A DNA stretch of 64,000 nucleotides from Candidatus Omnitrophota bacterium (GTDB taxonomy: Bacteria; Omnitrophota; Gorgyraeia; Zapsychrales; Zapsychraceae). Made by a program: the position numbers and the translations under genes. The DNA is taken from the NCBI GenBank assembly GCA_015233195.1, contig JADFYE010000003.1, forward strand, positions 10,489 to 74,488, given 5' to 3'. Numbering within the stretch: position 1 is the first letter of the stretch; each line of letters starts with the position of its first letter. This document shows, in pieces, positions 49,169-60,900 of this stretch. The notes under the pieces were generated by a model that saw only the letters and a list, made by a program, of their open reading frames with translations, had not been told where the DNA came from and did no database searches.

Positions 49169-52100
49169 GGTCCTTCTCCTTTTTATAATTTTCTTTCATT
49201 CCTAAAAGTAATTGCATATTTGGAATTGGTTTTATGTCGATAATGATGGGAGTTAACCAGTCTATGTTTTTAATTTGAATGGATTGCTGGTCTAAAGGTA
49301 AAGGAATATTATTACTGTCGCGTTTTATTGTTAAATTTAGTTGGTCGTAATTTAAGTCGATACCACCGACTCTTTTAGTTGTTTTTTGAATAACAGCTTT
49401 GTCGCTCTCAGGAACGGTATTACTAAATCCGGTAAATTGATTTATTATATTTTTTAAAGGTTTTAATCTGGGATCGGCTAAAAGTGTATTCATGATATAG
49501 TCAAAAATATCGCCGTTATTTGGATGACCATTTGAAAAGTGAAAACCAATAACAAATGCTAAAATATTTTTTTGATGTGTTAGTTTTTTATATGAGGCTA
49601 AGAATCCGTGTAATCCTGGAGGCGAAACTTCGTCTGTAACTGGTTCATGTTTCATCCAGGGATCGTGTTTCCAAATAAATCCGTTTCCATTTTGATCAGC
49701 ATCTTTCAAAGCTTTTTTAATTTCTGGATTTTGGTCAATGAATGTTAATAGTTCAGCAGTGAACTGTTTTTGCTTTATTGCTTCATTCCACAGCATTATG
49801 TTTGCCCGCGCTTGGCTTTCGACGATATTTACACGGTAATTATTTTTTAAATTGCTGAAAATTCTCGCGCGTCTTGTTGATTTGTTTTTATGTATATGCG
49901 CGCCTAAATCTTTTAGAGCTTTGAATAAGCTTTGAGCGCTAGGGCGGCGTCCTCCACCTTTTTGGTTACTTTTATCTTCTGAATAATACACTAAGTCACC
50001 ATTTGTAATTATATATCTTCCGGATTTTAGACCTTGGACAAGAGAGTCATAGGTTATGATGGTTTCTAAAACATTTATTGTTGTATTTGTTTCAGTATCC
50101 AGTATTTCAAATAATTCCGGCATTGCACCGCCCCATACACCTATTAATGAGGCACCGCTTATTACCCCTTTTTCCATGAATGTTGACGCGGCTTCTAAAA
50201 GTTCATCTGACAGCATTACACAGCCAGATGCTGCTCTTGCAAAAGTTGGCGCGTCGCGCAGGTTATAATCATCTATAAAAGCGAGTTGATCGAGCAGTTG
50301 TAATTCGGTTGCAGTTTTACGTAATTTGTTAAATAGTTTGGTTGAGTCCGGGTCAAAAGATCTCCCTCCTATAGGAAGATGAGTTTGTGAATTACGAAAA
50401 TGCTCCAATTCGTCTGTATTGTTTAGCATTTCTAAAATTTCTTTATATTTATCCGGTCCTTTGTAGGGTACTTGTCGTCTTAGATTTGTTGCTATAGGGT
50501 TCGCCATTAATACGTTTTTAAGTTTAATAAGTTTTTCGCTAAACGTTGGAGCGTTTGAGACTTGAGATATTGCTTGGGTAATTTGTTCCGCGTATTCTTT
50601 TCTAAGAGCATTTCCATCATCAGTAAGATCTGCTTTTTTGAACAGATCAGTGCGCCAATTTGATCCACCGGATTCAGATTGAGTCCGTTCAAGTAATAAC
50701 AGCATATCCAAAATGTATAGTGATTTTATATGTTCGAAAATGTCTAGAAATTTTTCTTTTTCAGTTGGATTTTTTTCAAGAGTTTCATAAAATTCTTTAT
50801 CAGGAATCCTAGGATCTAAGCCCAAATTTTCTTTAAACGCTGAAATTAACGCGCGACCTTCATAACCTTCCCATTGATCAAATAATGCTCCGTTTGTATT
50901 GCGAAGTCCGTTCTGCGCCCAGCCCCATACTTTATGTTTATAAGCAGAAAAAATATCAGTTCTTAGTACTGGGGTATGTTCATATAAGCCAACGCCGCTT
51001 ATGAAATCCGCGTTGTTGGCTACATATTCAGCGAGATTAATTTCACCGTCGTGAATTATGTAATTATCCGCATCTGTAAAAAGTAATAGTTTGTGCGAGT
51101 ATGCCGCGGGTTTATACATGCCAGGTTCCCATACCGTATGATTTATATGATGAATTATTGTCCGCTCTCTGGGTAGGTTTGGTAAGGGTAAACTCGCGAA
51201 TACTTCATTTTGTAATACAACTAAATTTGGATTAATAAGTTTTTGTTTTTGAAGTTCGAGCATTAAACGTTCAGATGCTCGCTGATAAACTGCCATTTGT
51301 ACAGTGCGCCAGTCACTTTGTTTTTTAGTTTCATGATCAGGGTAAAGTTCATTAAAGATTGATACGCGCTCTCCGCTGGTATTTAAAAAATATGCGTCGA
51401 TGTAGTACATTGGAACATCAGCAAATTTTGATTTGCCTTCAAGTATATCGCAGGTAATTTTTTTTCCCATTACTTCTTTTGCAAGTTCGGTGTTAGCTGA
51501 TTCTTTAAATTCGTCATCTTCAAGGGTAAAAGTAAAAGTCATTTCAGTTTTGTCCAATACACTTCTGACTATGTCACCTAAAGCGGATATTTTTTTTTCT
51601 TTCACTAACTTTTCTATTGGCTTGGTAGATTTTGTTTGGTCTTGTTTTATGTTATCGGTGTAAAGCGGATTAACAGTAATGGTGTCCATCCCATTTTTTT
51701 TTGTAGCTACACCAAGATCGTGCATTAGAGCGCCTAATCCACCGGTCATAGTTAATTGAGCTACTATACGAACAGCTTCTTCGCCATATCTAGCATCTAT
51801 AGCTTCGATAAGCCGGCGGTCTAATCCTGCTTCAAACTGCAGACTTACTACTGTGAAATTATTTAAGGCTGGCGCGTTTTGGCTTACCCATGAATCTGGA
51901 TCGGGTTTTGTTTCCGCAGGAAGTAAATCCCAAAATTTTTGCGGGTGATCAGTGTTTTCAACAATAAAATTTAGAAAATCCAAAAGTTTGAGTGTTTTTA
52001 AGATTTTTGCGTTTTGTGAATTATTGGTTGATGGTGAATTTATTCCTAATAACTTAAATAATGAGTCTGATAATTCTTGAATTGATTCCGGTGATGAGAG

Positions 52101-54848
52101 CATGGCAGTATCTTTGGATAAAGATTTTAATCTGTCATCGTCAGGTTCTAGCAATTCCACAGACCATTCGCCGCTTTCGAGATTTTCATTTATAAGAAGA
52201 CCGCCTTTTTTATAAGAACTTTTAAAATACATTATGCCGTCTATTATTTTCCATATAATACCTGCGGATTTTAATTTATTATAAAGTTCATCGTTTGACA
52301 TTTGATGAGCGGCAGCGCTGTTTATGGCAATAAATATATCGGCATTACCAAATAATTTTTTTGCATCAGAAGCATTCCAGTGTTTTTCTATGATGTTAAA
52401 TAAGCGCGTTTTCCAGTAACGCGTTTGATTTGCAAATACTGTAGGATAATCTTCCGGACCTTTTATGGGCATAAAAACATCGTCGCGCTGTGGAAATAGG
52501 ATATTTGCGCCTACTCGGTTAATTTTTCCGGATGAGTTTTCAAATTTAAGACCAGTAACTGCAGTTCCGTCAACAGTAACATAGGTTTTACCACCGTCAA
52601 TATTTACTGGTATTTCTGCGGCATGTTGGAGTGAAGCTAAAGTTGCGATACGAAAACTCGGGTCTCCGTTTTGCCATGGGAAGTTTGTTTTTATTTTTGC
52701 GGCATCACCGTACTCAATACTTATAGGTAATCCATTTGCGCCAAGGGCAACTCGCCCTAATCGGTCTTCTTGCGATTTTAGAGGTATAAGTCCTAAACTG
52801 ACATGAGCGTATCCGGCAGGTAGGTTATCCGGATTGCTATGATATGTTTGTTCCCAATCTTTTATGTGTTGTCCTAATAATTGTTTAAAAGCTATAGGGA
52901 ATAATGGGTCGTCAATTGGAGCGTATATCACGTGTTCTACTCCAAATTGTTTAGCAAATTCTATAACATCAGATCTTTGTAAAATGTCTTGAAAAGCGTC
53001 GCCATGCCCAGTTCCCCCTACTTGGATTTCATGATTAGCGTTTACAAATGGCATTAGGGTTGCTTTACTCGTGATAGGTAACGATTTTTGTTGAACGAAC
53101 ATATGTCTTCCCGTAAAAAATTTAAACCACGGTTGTGAATTATAGTATTCTTGTGTAGCAGCATCAGTAATATCACTGGTCATAAAAATTGTTGGGAATG
53201 GTTTAGTATGACCGTATAAACGGGCTGTCCCCAATACTGCATCAGCAGCCCAATCAAATAATTTGTCATTGCTTAAGGCTCGTCCAGGGAACATGCCTTT
53301 TGGCATATTTGGGTCAAGTGCGCGGAATTTGGTGCCTGTACCACCCATTACAAAAATGACCATTATTTTTGATTTATCATCTTTTTCGCCAAATTTCAAA
53401 TTATCCTCAGCAGTCTTTAAGTCACTATCTGGGACTTGGTCATAAGATGTGGCTGTTACTTCAGCGTTTATTTCCGGGAGTTTAGTTTCTGCAGGATGTA
53501 AAATATAACGATTTCTATAATCAATATATAAATTCCAGTCGATTTTATTTAATATTTGGTCAAGGCGATGATCTTTTTGCTGGTCACTAAGTTGCTCCCA
53601 ATCATCTAAAAGATGAGTAAAACCTAAGGAGTGTAATTTTGTTATTGCAGCTCTATAACTTTCAACTCGTTTAGCTTGTGCTCCTTCAGATTCTTGCGAT
53701 AGCTCGACTGATACATTAAAAGCTCTGTTATCATCAGTTGGGTCATCCTGTATCATTGCAGGATCGCCTGGCACTCCTAATTTACCAATTGTTTTAATAT
53801 TGGTAGGAGCAATTGTGACAGCTCCGCCTGATATATATTTTTTTGCGATAACAGTTTGTTGGGTAGGGTCGTATTCTTCCTTTATATAATTGAACACGCC
53901 GTCTTCAAATAATTTTATATATTGCTTATAAATTTTTTGTGCAGCATCGGGGTCGTTTTGGTCAACGCCTTTAATTTTATTTTTATCTGCATAAACGGAA
54001 TTTAATAAGGCATCTTTTAAGTTGTTTTTGTACCAGGCTGCGAGTATGAGTGAATTATAAATCTGACGGAGGTTTGCAAAATTTTTGCCGGTATTAACTT
54101 CTTTTTCAATTTCAGGAATGATAATTTCTTTTATAATTTGTGAGGCGATTGGTGATAGCCCCTCACCTTTTGCCTTTGACTTTTCACCTTTTGCCTGTGA
54201 TGACATATATTCATTTTCTGTCATCACGCTCAAATGACTCTGAGTTAGAAACACATGATAGCCATTTATATAAATGGTCGCTGATGAAGGCACGATCCAG
54301 ATTTTATTTAGCGTGTCTATGGGTAGTTCTTTATCGCCGTATTTAGCGTGGATTTTTTCATAGATCGTAGACCAAAATTTTTGACCAATCTCTGATTCAG
54401 GAAAAAGTAATGACGCGGTTAATTTTTTGAGTATGTAATCCTGGGCTAATAGATCGCGACCCATTTCAGTCTGACCGAATTTTTGCGGTATGATGCGCTT
54501 ATCTTCTCTAGGATTTAAGTTTACCCATAATTCTTCTTTAGGAACAGTTAAAGATGCTAAAAAGTATTTAATGAGTTTATTGCTTTCGGTTTTTAGTTCC
54601 GGAGTTTGTGCAGTGTAATGGGTATCGCCGACGTTGACGATAAAATCCATTTTAAACGGGTTTTGTGGGTCTAAGGTGATGCCGTTTAATATAACAGGAG
54701 AAAATGGTTTTGATGAAACTAATAGATTTGGATTATTGATTATTTGGGCAGAAGTAAAATTTGTAGGTAATACAAAATTAAAAGTAACTATTAATAGAAT
54801 GATTGAGCGGATCCAACGATTTAGGGAAGAAATCGTTTGTTTTTTCAT
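49161..54848 (-). CDS. Giant modular protein 2 of 3: signal peptide, shared N-module, UDPGP-type nucleotidyltransferase-like domain, GT35-like alpha-glucan phosphorylase domain, shared C-module
   Basis: SP ends ...LIVTFNFVLPTNFTSAQ. UDPGP-like motifs: VMGGTGTKFRALDPNMPKGMFPG, GGTGHGDAF, IDDPL. Phosphorylase-like motifs: MTGGLGALMHDLG, HHINHTVWEPG, NLRRQVPYKG, FIDDYNLRDA, EAASTFMEKGVISGASLIGVWGGAMPE. Confidence 0.75.
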   Translation of the reverse strand: MKKQTISSLNRWIRSIILLIVTFNFVLPTNFTSAQIINNPNLLVSSKPFSPVILNGITLDPQNPFKMDFIVNVGDTHYTAQTPELKTESNKLIKYFLASLTVPKEELWVNLNPREDKRIIPQKFGQTEMGRDLLAQDYILKKLTASLLFPESEIGQKFWSTIYEKIHAKYGDKELPIDTLNKIWIVPSSATIYINGYHVFLTQSHLSVMTENEYMSSQAKGEKSKAKGEGLSPIASQIIKEIIIPEIEKEVNTGKNFANLRQIYNSLILAAWYKNNLKDALLNSVYADKNKIKGVDQNDPDAAQKIYKQYIKLFEDGVFNYIKEEYDPTQQTVIAKKYISGGAVTIAPTNIKTIGKLGVPGDPAMIQDDPTDDNRAFNVSVELSQESEGAQAKRVESYRAAITKLHSLGFTHLLDDWEQLSDQQKDHRLDQILNKIDWNLYIDYRNRYILHPAETKLPEINAEVTATSYDQVPDSDLKTAEDNLKFGEKDDKSKIMVIFVMGGTGTKFRALDPNMPKGMFPGRALSNDKLFDWAADAVLGTARLYGHTKPFPTIFMTSDITDAATQEYYNSQPWFKFFTGRHMFVQQKSLPITSKATLMPFVNANHEIQVGGTGHGDAFQDILQRSDVIEFAKQFGVEHVIYAPIDDPLFPIAFKQLLGQHIKDWEQTYHSNPDNLPAGYAHVSLGLIPLKSQEDRLGRVALGANGLPISIEYGDAAKIKTNFPWQNGDPSFRIATLASLQHAAEIPVNIDGGKTYVTVDGTAVTGLKFENSSGKINRVGANILFPQRDDVFMPIKGPEDYPTVFANQTRYWKTRLFNIIEKHWNASDAKKLFGNADIFIAINSAAAHQMSNDELYNKLKSAGIIWKIIDGIMYFKSSYKKGGLLINENLESGEWSVELLEPDDDRLKSLSKDTAMLSSPESIQELSDSLFKLLGINSPSTNNSQNAKILKTLKLLDFLNFIVENTDHPQKFWDLLPAETKPDPDSWVSQNAPALNNFTVVSLQFEAGLDRRLIEAIDARYGEEAVRIVAQLTMTGGLGALMHDLGVATKKNGMDTITVNPLYTDNIKQDQTKSTKPIEKLVKEKKISALGDIVRSVLDKTEMTFTFTLEDDEFKESANTELAKEVMGKKITCDILEGKSKFADVPMYYIDAYFLNTSGERVSIFNELYPDHETKKQSDWRTVQMAVYQRASERLMLELQKQKLINPNLVVLQNEVFASLPLPNLPRERTIIHHINHTVWEPGMYKPAAYSHKLLLFTDADNYIIHDGEINLAEYVANNADFISGVGLYEHTPVLRTDIFSAYKHKVWGWAQNGLRNTNGALFDQWEGYEGRALISAFKENLGLDPRIPDKEFYETLEKNPTEKEKFLDIFEHIKSLYILDMLLLLERTQSESGGSNWRTDLFKKADLTDDGNALRKEYAEQITQAISQVSNAPTFSEKLIKLKNVLMANPIATNLRRQVPYKGPDKYKEILEMLNNTDELEHFRNSQTHLPIGGRSFDPDSTKLFNKLRKTATELQLLDQLAFIDDYNLRDAPTFARAASGCVMLSDELLEAASTFMEKGVISGASLIGVWGGAMPELFEILDTETNTTINVLETIITYDSLVQGLKSGRYIITNGDLVYYSEDKSNQKGGGRRPSAQSLFKALKDLGAHIHKNKSTRRARIFSNLKNNYRVNIVESQARANIMLWNEAIKQKQFTAELLTFIDQNPEIKKALKDADQNGNGFIWKHDPWMKHEPVTDEVSPPGLHGFLASYKKLTHQKNILAFVIGFHFSNGHPNNGDIFDYIMNTLLADPRLKPLKNIINQFTGFSNTVPESDKAVIQKTTKRVGGIDLNYDQLNLTIKRDSNNIPLPLDQQSIQIKNIDWLTPIIIDIKPIPNMQLLLGMKENYKKEKDRV

Positions 54849-54877
54849 TGATACGGGATCTTTCTATTTAACCGTAA

Positions 54878-54921
54878 GTAACCCCTGGGGTTGTCAAATT
54901 TATGACAACCCCAGGGGTTAC
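54878..54921 (-). other. Perfect 19-bp stem-loop between giant genes 1 and 2
   Basis: gtaacccctggggttgtca (54878-54896), loop aattta, tgacaaccccaggggttac (54903-54921). Begins 6 nt after the upstream stop. No T tract on the transcribed strand. Confidence 0.85.
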
Positions 54922-54927
54922 GGATGG

Positions 54928-57900
54928 TTAGCTTTGCTTATTCATGTTGTCCATGGGTAATTGGCCATACTTTTCAGAATCGTCATTGGTTGTATCTGCC
55001 ATACCCAATAATTTTGGTAAGTCAGTTACTGGTGTAATGTTAATTATTACCGGCACAAAGCCTTCAATGTTCATGTTAAAAATCGGTTGTTGAAACGCTG
55101 GTAATGGCTTGCCATTATTATCGCGTTTGATTTCTAAATTCATCATCGCAGAATCTAAGTCGATACCACCGGTGCTCCTTTTTGTCGGTTCTGTTAAAGC
55201 GGCTTTATCGATTTGATCCATTGCTGTTTCATCAATTAGTGAACCATGTAAGATATCATCTAAAATGGCATCTGATAGAATTGAATTTCCTTTAAATGTT
55301 TCAAGAGTTAAAGCTAATTCTTCATCAGTAGCTTTTCTACCAAGTGCTTCGCTAAGTGCTTTATGTGCAGCAGTTAATTCTTGGGGTGTTTTGTCCCATG
55401 ATTTAGTTCCAAGGAAACGTAATTTTGCTCTTTCTTTGCGTTTTTGCTCTGAAGACATGTTTTTGTAATCCCTAATCTTGAAGTTGCGAGCACCATCTAC
55501 ACCAATCATTTTTGTTTTCAAAGGATGTGTAGCAATACCATCGCGCCTAACGCCTGTCGATTGCCACATGTTTGTTTCTCCTTTGCGTATAACTGCTGGT
55601 TCATTTGTTGCAGGTTTTGGATCAATTAATGTTGGGAATTTTAAACGTCCACGATTTGCAATGTTTTCAAGATCTGATTGTGAAGCAGTTTCAAGTTCCT
55701 TTATAAACTCTTGTTCAGTTTGTCCAGGTAGTTGGTAAATACTAAGAATATATGGAATTGACATTAAAGCAACAGCACTATTTAGCCAAAATGCTTCTAA
55801 AGAATTCTTACCAGAAGCCTTAACGTTGGGTTCTTCAGAAAGTTGTTGTGTGCCATCTTCCATTATTATAACAACTCCTCCTTTTTGTGCAGGTGCTCGT
55901 GGAGTGACTTCACCTTGAAAATCTAGCTGTTCATCTAAAAATTTGCCTAATATAGTTAGAAAAATGCTATCAAATTTTGCAGCATAGTTATCAACATTTT
56001 TAGCAAAAACCCATTTTTTACCAGTTTTTATTATTCTTAACAATTCTCCGCTGATTAGTAATTGATGGAAAAATTCGCCGTGACCTTGTGGTTGACGCTC
56101 ATTAGGCATAAGGAGATCTTCATATCTGCCTTCTTTATATGCTCGTTCAGCATCCATAGATTTTTTTAGTGCAAGCTGATAGTCAGCATCAGAAAATTTA
56201 GAACGTAATGTTTCAACATCTGCAGTCGTTCCTAAAAATCCTGGAGCAAGTGGTTGTAAAAAAATATCAACTTGTTCTTGTGGAAACCCATAGTTATTGT
56301 GTTCTTGAATTATAGCTTGTTGTTCAGCTATATAATTTTCATTAGACATTAATCCAATAATATTTTGGTCAAGTCCGGTTACTTTTAATCCGCGTTTTTG
56401 TGCTGCACTACGAATTTGTTCAAACAATCTTTGAAGGTTTATTCCGAAAGCGTCAAGGTATGTAACTGCTTTACCATCAACGATACCAATTGGTATTCCT
56501 GCTTTAGATTCAATTTCTTTTCCGTCATTTAATTCTTTAATTTTTTCAGGGGCTTCATGTGTATTCATCCGAGTACTTGCGCCTGCTACTAACATGGAAA
56601 TAAATCCCTCACCATTTAATAGGGATTTTATTGCAATACTTTGCAGACGAAGAGCTTCTTCTGGAGAAATATCCCCGACATATTGAACATCATCTTGTGT
56701 ACTAAGTTTAAATGGTTTATTAATAGGAGATGTTTGTAGATCACCAGCGTAGTATCTTCTTGCAATTTCTGTTGCATATTTTTTTTCAGCATCTGATAAA
56801 ATTGCATGATCAGCAGTTAATCTGGTTTCGATCGCTTCAGCTAGTTCACTATCGCTTGCTGTATACGGTAAAGGTAATGATAAATTCTGCAAGCTGTTGC
56901 TCTTAGTTTTCCAGGTTTGTGTTCTTGCACTAAAACTAGCTTCAACTTTTTGCCCTAGAACTGTTAGTTCTTTTATTCCTGGTTTGGCAGATTCAGCTAA
57001 AAGAGCGCGGTCAGCTGTTAATCTATTTTCTATTTCGGCAGCTAGTTCACTATCGCTTGCTGTAGCTGGTAAAGGTAATGATAAATTCCGCAGACTTTTG
57101 CTAACAATTTTCCAGGTTTGGGTTCTGTCATTAAAGCTTGCCTGAACCACATTTCCTAGAACTGTTATTTCTTTTGTTGCTGGTTTGGCAGATTCAGTTA
57201 ATTGTGCAGCGTCTGGGGTGCTGTCTTCTTCGTCGGATAGAGCTGCCTGGTCTGAAGTTATAGCTGAGTCGCGTATGACTTCTGATAATGCAGCAGCGTC
57301 TGTTTGATCTCCTACTTTTAGCTGAGTCATTGCAGTTAAAGCGTCAGTTATAGTGGGGTATTTAGGAAGAATTTTAGCATCTAATTCTTCTCCATTTGTT
57401 ACGCTGAACATTGTCATTAATTGACTTGTTTCTTTGGGATTAACAGTTGGTAAAGCCAGGTTATTTAATCTTTCAGAAATAATGGTTCGACTACGTCCTA
57501 ATAATGTAACAGCTATCTCAGTTAATTTTTCTAGATTAATTGGCGAATTACTTTGCACACCGAATGCGATTTTAGGTGATGTATTCGACCAACCCCAGAA
57601 TATTTCGCCAAATGGAGTGAATATATGGAACACACCGTTTGCGTTAACCATTACATAAGGTTTTGAATTTCGGACTCCTTTGAAGTTTTCCCAGTTATCA
57701 ACATATTCAAATTGATCAGATAATGTTGGATGAGATTTTAAAAATTCTATTACTTGATCACGCATTTCAATCATAAGTGGTTTTTTTGCTTCTTCCACCA
57801 TTGGCGTACGTGATTCTTGTAATTGATAGGATTCTGTTATTAATTTTCGGTCTTTAAGGTTTTGAATATATCCAGCTAATGTCATTTCTGGTTGTCCCAG

Positions 57901-60900
57901 TTTTTCTTTAATTCGTGAAAATACGTCTAACCAATGAAAACCGAATCTTACTGCATCGTCAAAAGGCTCGCCGAGTTCATTAGTTAAAAACATGTGCAAA
58001 GAATATTCGGCTTGAGCGAATTTTATACCAGGATGCGCAGCCAAGAATTCTGGAACTGTTTTTCCTTCTTTTTTTGCTAATTTTGCAATAGTGACATCCA
58101 TAATCATTTTTACGATGGAATGTCCTTTAGGACTTAATTTTGCAATACCGCCTAGATTTTCAACAAGTTGACGGAACGCGGAGTTCATACGTGAATCAAA
58201 ATAGATGTTGTTAATTATTTCTTTATAGGGATCTTGTGTGAGCATATCCTCTATAATCGGATAGAATTCTGTATCACCTTTATAAAGAACACCATTTTCT
58301 AAAATACTAATCCGATCAGTATCTAGATCGAAGTTTAAAACTAATATTTCTGGATGATCTTTTGAATATTGCATGATATTAGCTTGGGGATGCGCTAAAG
58401 CTACATCGTCGGTACGTGATGGATCTGCAAGTCCGCCAGTTGTGTTAAAAGGATCACTTTCACCGCGAAGAATATCAACTAAATTATTACCTAGTAATTC
58501 TTGGAAAAGATCTTTATATCCTGTTGCTGAACCACCAGAAAGATTTACACTGACTTTGGTTTTTCCTAATTTCTTAGCCAAACCACCAAATTGTTTACGC
58601 ATCGACTCATAATATGCATCATGTGCTTTTTTCTTTGTTTCATCTGATGTATCAAGCTTACCGGGTGTTTCAGCTTTACGGTAACGTCCATTTATAATTA
58701 ATGGTTTTAATTCTTGAAGCATGGTGCCGTAGAGAGTAATTCCGCCAATATTTGGTTTTGCACCGTTTGTTCCTATTTCAACGTGGCTTCGAGTTACATA
58801 AAGACCACCTTGCGCACCAAGTTTTGAAATACTGCTATATAATTCACCGGAAGTAGTGATATCAAGGTCGATAACATTAACCCCAGTTTCTCGTAAACCT
58901 TCGATAAGGGCAGCGCGGACAGCAGGCGTTCTTGGTCCATTATCTCCGGCGATCACAAAAGTATCTCCAGCTTCTAACTTAACGGATTTACCGTGCGCGT
59001 CTGATTTGAAAACTGCACTGGCTAATGCCCTGCCAATCCATTTAAGTAATTCAGGATCCATTTGGGTTGGAAAGTTAATATCATCGCCACCGTCGTAACC
59101 GCGAATGTCATATTCTTTAATAATTGCATCTAATATTTCTTCCAAAGTTTTTCCATGAGGAGATCTCCAATTTTGTATTGAAAGATCTTCGAAGTAATTT
59201 TGATATATTTCAGGAAGGGCTATCATCGCTTTATCACCCGTAGAGTTATCCATTGTTACATCGGTTAATCTGGTGTCAAATATAGTAGTAAAGAAACGTA
59301 ATGCGTCTAAACGGTTTACTTGTTCAGTCAGATCCGCAAAGTAGAATGTCGCAGTTTCGGTTTGTACATCATTGCGCATGAATACTTTACCGTATTGGGT
59401 AGCGTATTCAGAACGGACTTCAGATGGTTTTAAGTTATGGATATATTTTGCTACTGTACCGTCAGCAACTAAAGAATTTTCTTGATCTGCCGCAGTTTTA
59501 GTTCTTACTGATTGGATAATGATTTCAATGTCATTATGCTCGCCTCTTACTGTTAATTGACGGGATTTATGCTGTTCTGCAGGACCAAAATCAACCCGGT
59601 CAGCGCCTAATTTTTCAAGCGCTTCTTTAAGTTTTTCAGTTTCGGGATTCCGATCTTCATAAATTGTAAAATTAACTGCTTTACCGCGAGCATGACCATC
59701 TCTAATGATTGCCATGTAATATTTAATGTTTTTATTTAAGTTTGCGACAAAAGGATTATCAGCTTCTAATTGTTTTACCAATTTATCTAAATGTTTAATG
59801 GCATCATAATCTTGCAGGAAATTACCGTCAGCGTCACGTAAAGCAGTTAGTTCAGTGTCTATAGCTGGACCATCTGCAATTTTATTTAGACGTTCCTGGT
59901 ACCATGCATCGCGTTGTTTTGCGTCACGTATTGGACGGTTAGAAGCATCCTTCTTATTTTCCGAATTGAACATCAAATCTCCAGCGCTTGGAATACCTTT
60001 TTCAGGTTTTCCTGCTACCAGTTCTTTAGCCATTTCAACACCAGGTTGACGGAAAGGAGTTATGTCATCAAAAATTTTGTGTAATGCGGTTATTGCTTCT
60101 TTTTCAGGGTTATCATTATCAGCGCCCTGCATTATTTGGCGGATTATATCGTGTTGGGTAAGGTTGATGTCAGTTCCAATACCGTTTTCTTGTGCAAGAG
60201 ATAAAGCGTGAGCTGTGTAAATAGTACCAATGCGTACAGTTAAATCTTCAACAAATTGTATAATTTTGGCAAGTTCAACTTCATTAATCCCGTCCATTTC
60301 ATAGCGGAAGACAATGTTGTTTGCTTCAATTTCAGGAGAAAGTTCAGTTTTGGGCTGACCTTTTACATCAATGATAAACATGAACTTTCTATTTTTGACA
60401 AAATTTAATTTTTTATTGATTTGGTTTGTGCCATAAGCTGCGTAAGTTTGGATACCCATAGGTATGCCATATTCACGACCTTTACCTAAACTTTCTGGAA
60501 CAGTTTGACCTAGTGCTTCAGCTAAATTTTTAAAATCATTATTTGGTGCTCCGACTACCATTTGTGATATTCCTGCTGCCACAAGTTCTTCAGCAAGCTT
60601 CTGGGTCACATATTCTTGATTGCTTGAATTTTTACGTTGCTCTTCAGCGACTTTTCGTCCAGCTTCTAACATTGCGCGTATATCCAAGCCTAATAATGAA
60701 TTAATTGCTAAACTGTGAGGACTTAAACCTTGATAACGACCTCCCAGATTATTAAGCATTTCGATTGCTATAACACCATTTTCAGGTTCACTTTTAAATA
60801 ATTCTCCTAAAAATCCTTGTTTGATCATGCGGTCTAAAAGACTGCCGGATTGTTTTTCTTCATTAAATTTTCCAGTAATAAAAAGCGCGTTTTTAAAAAC

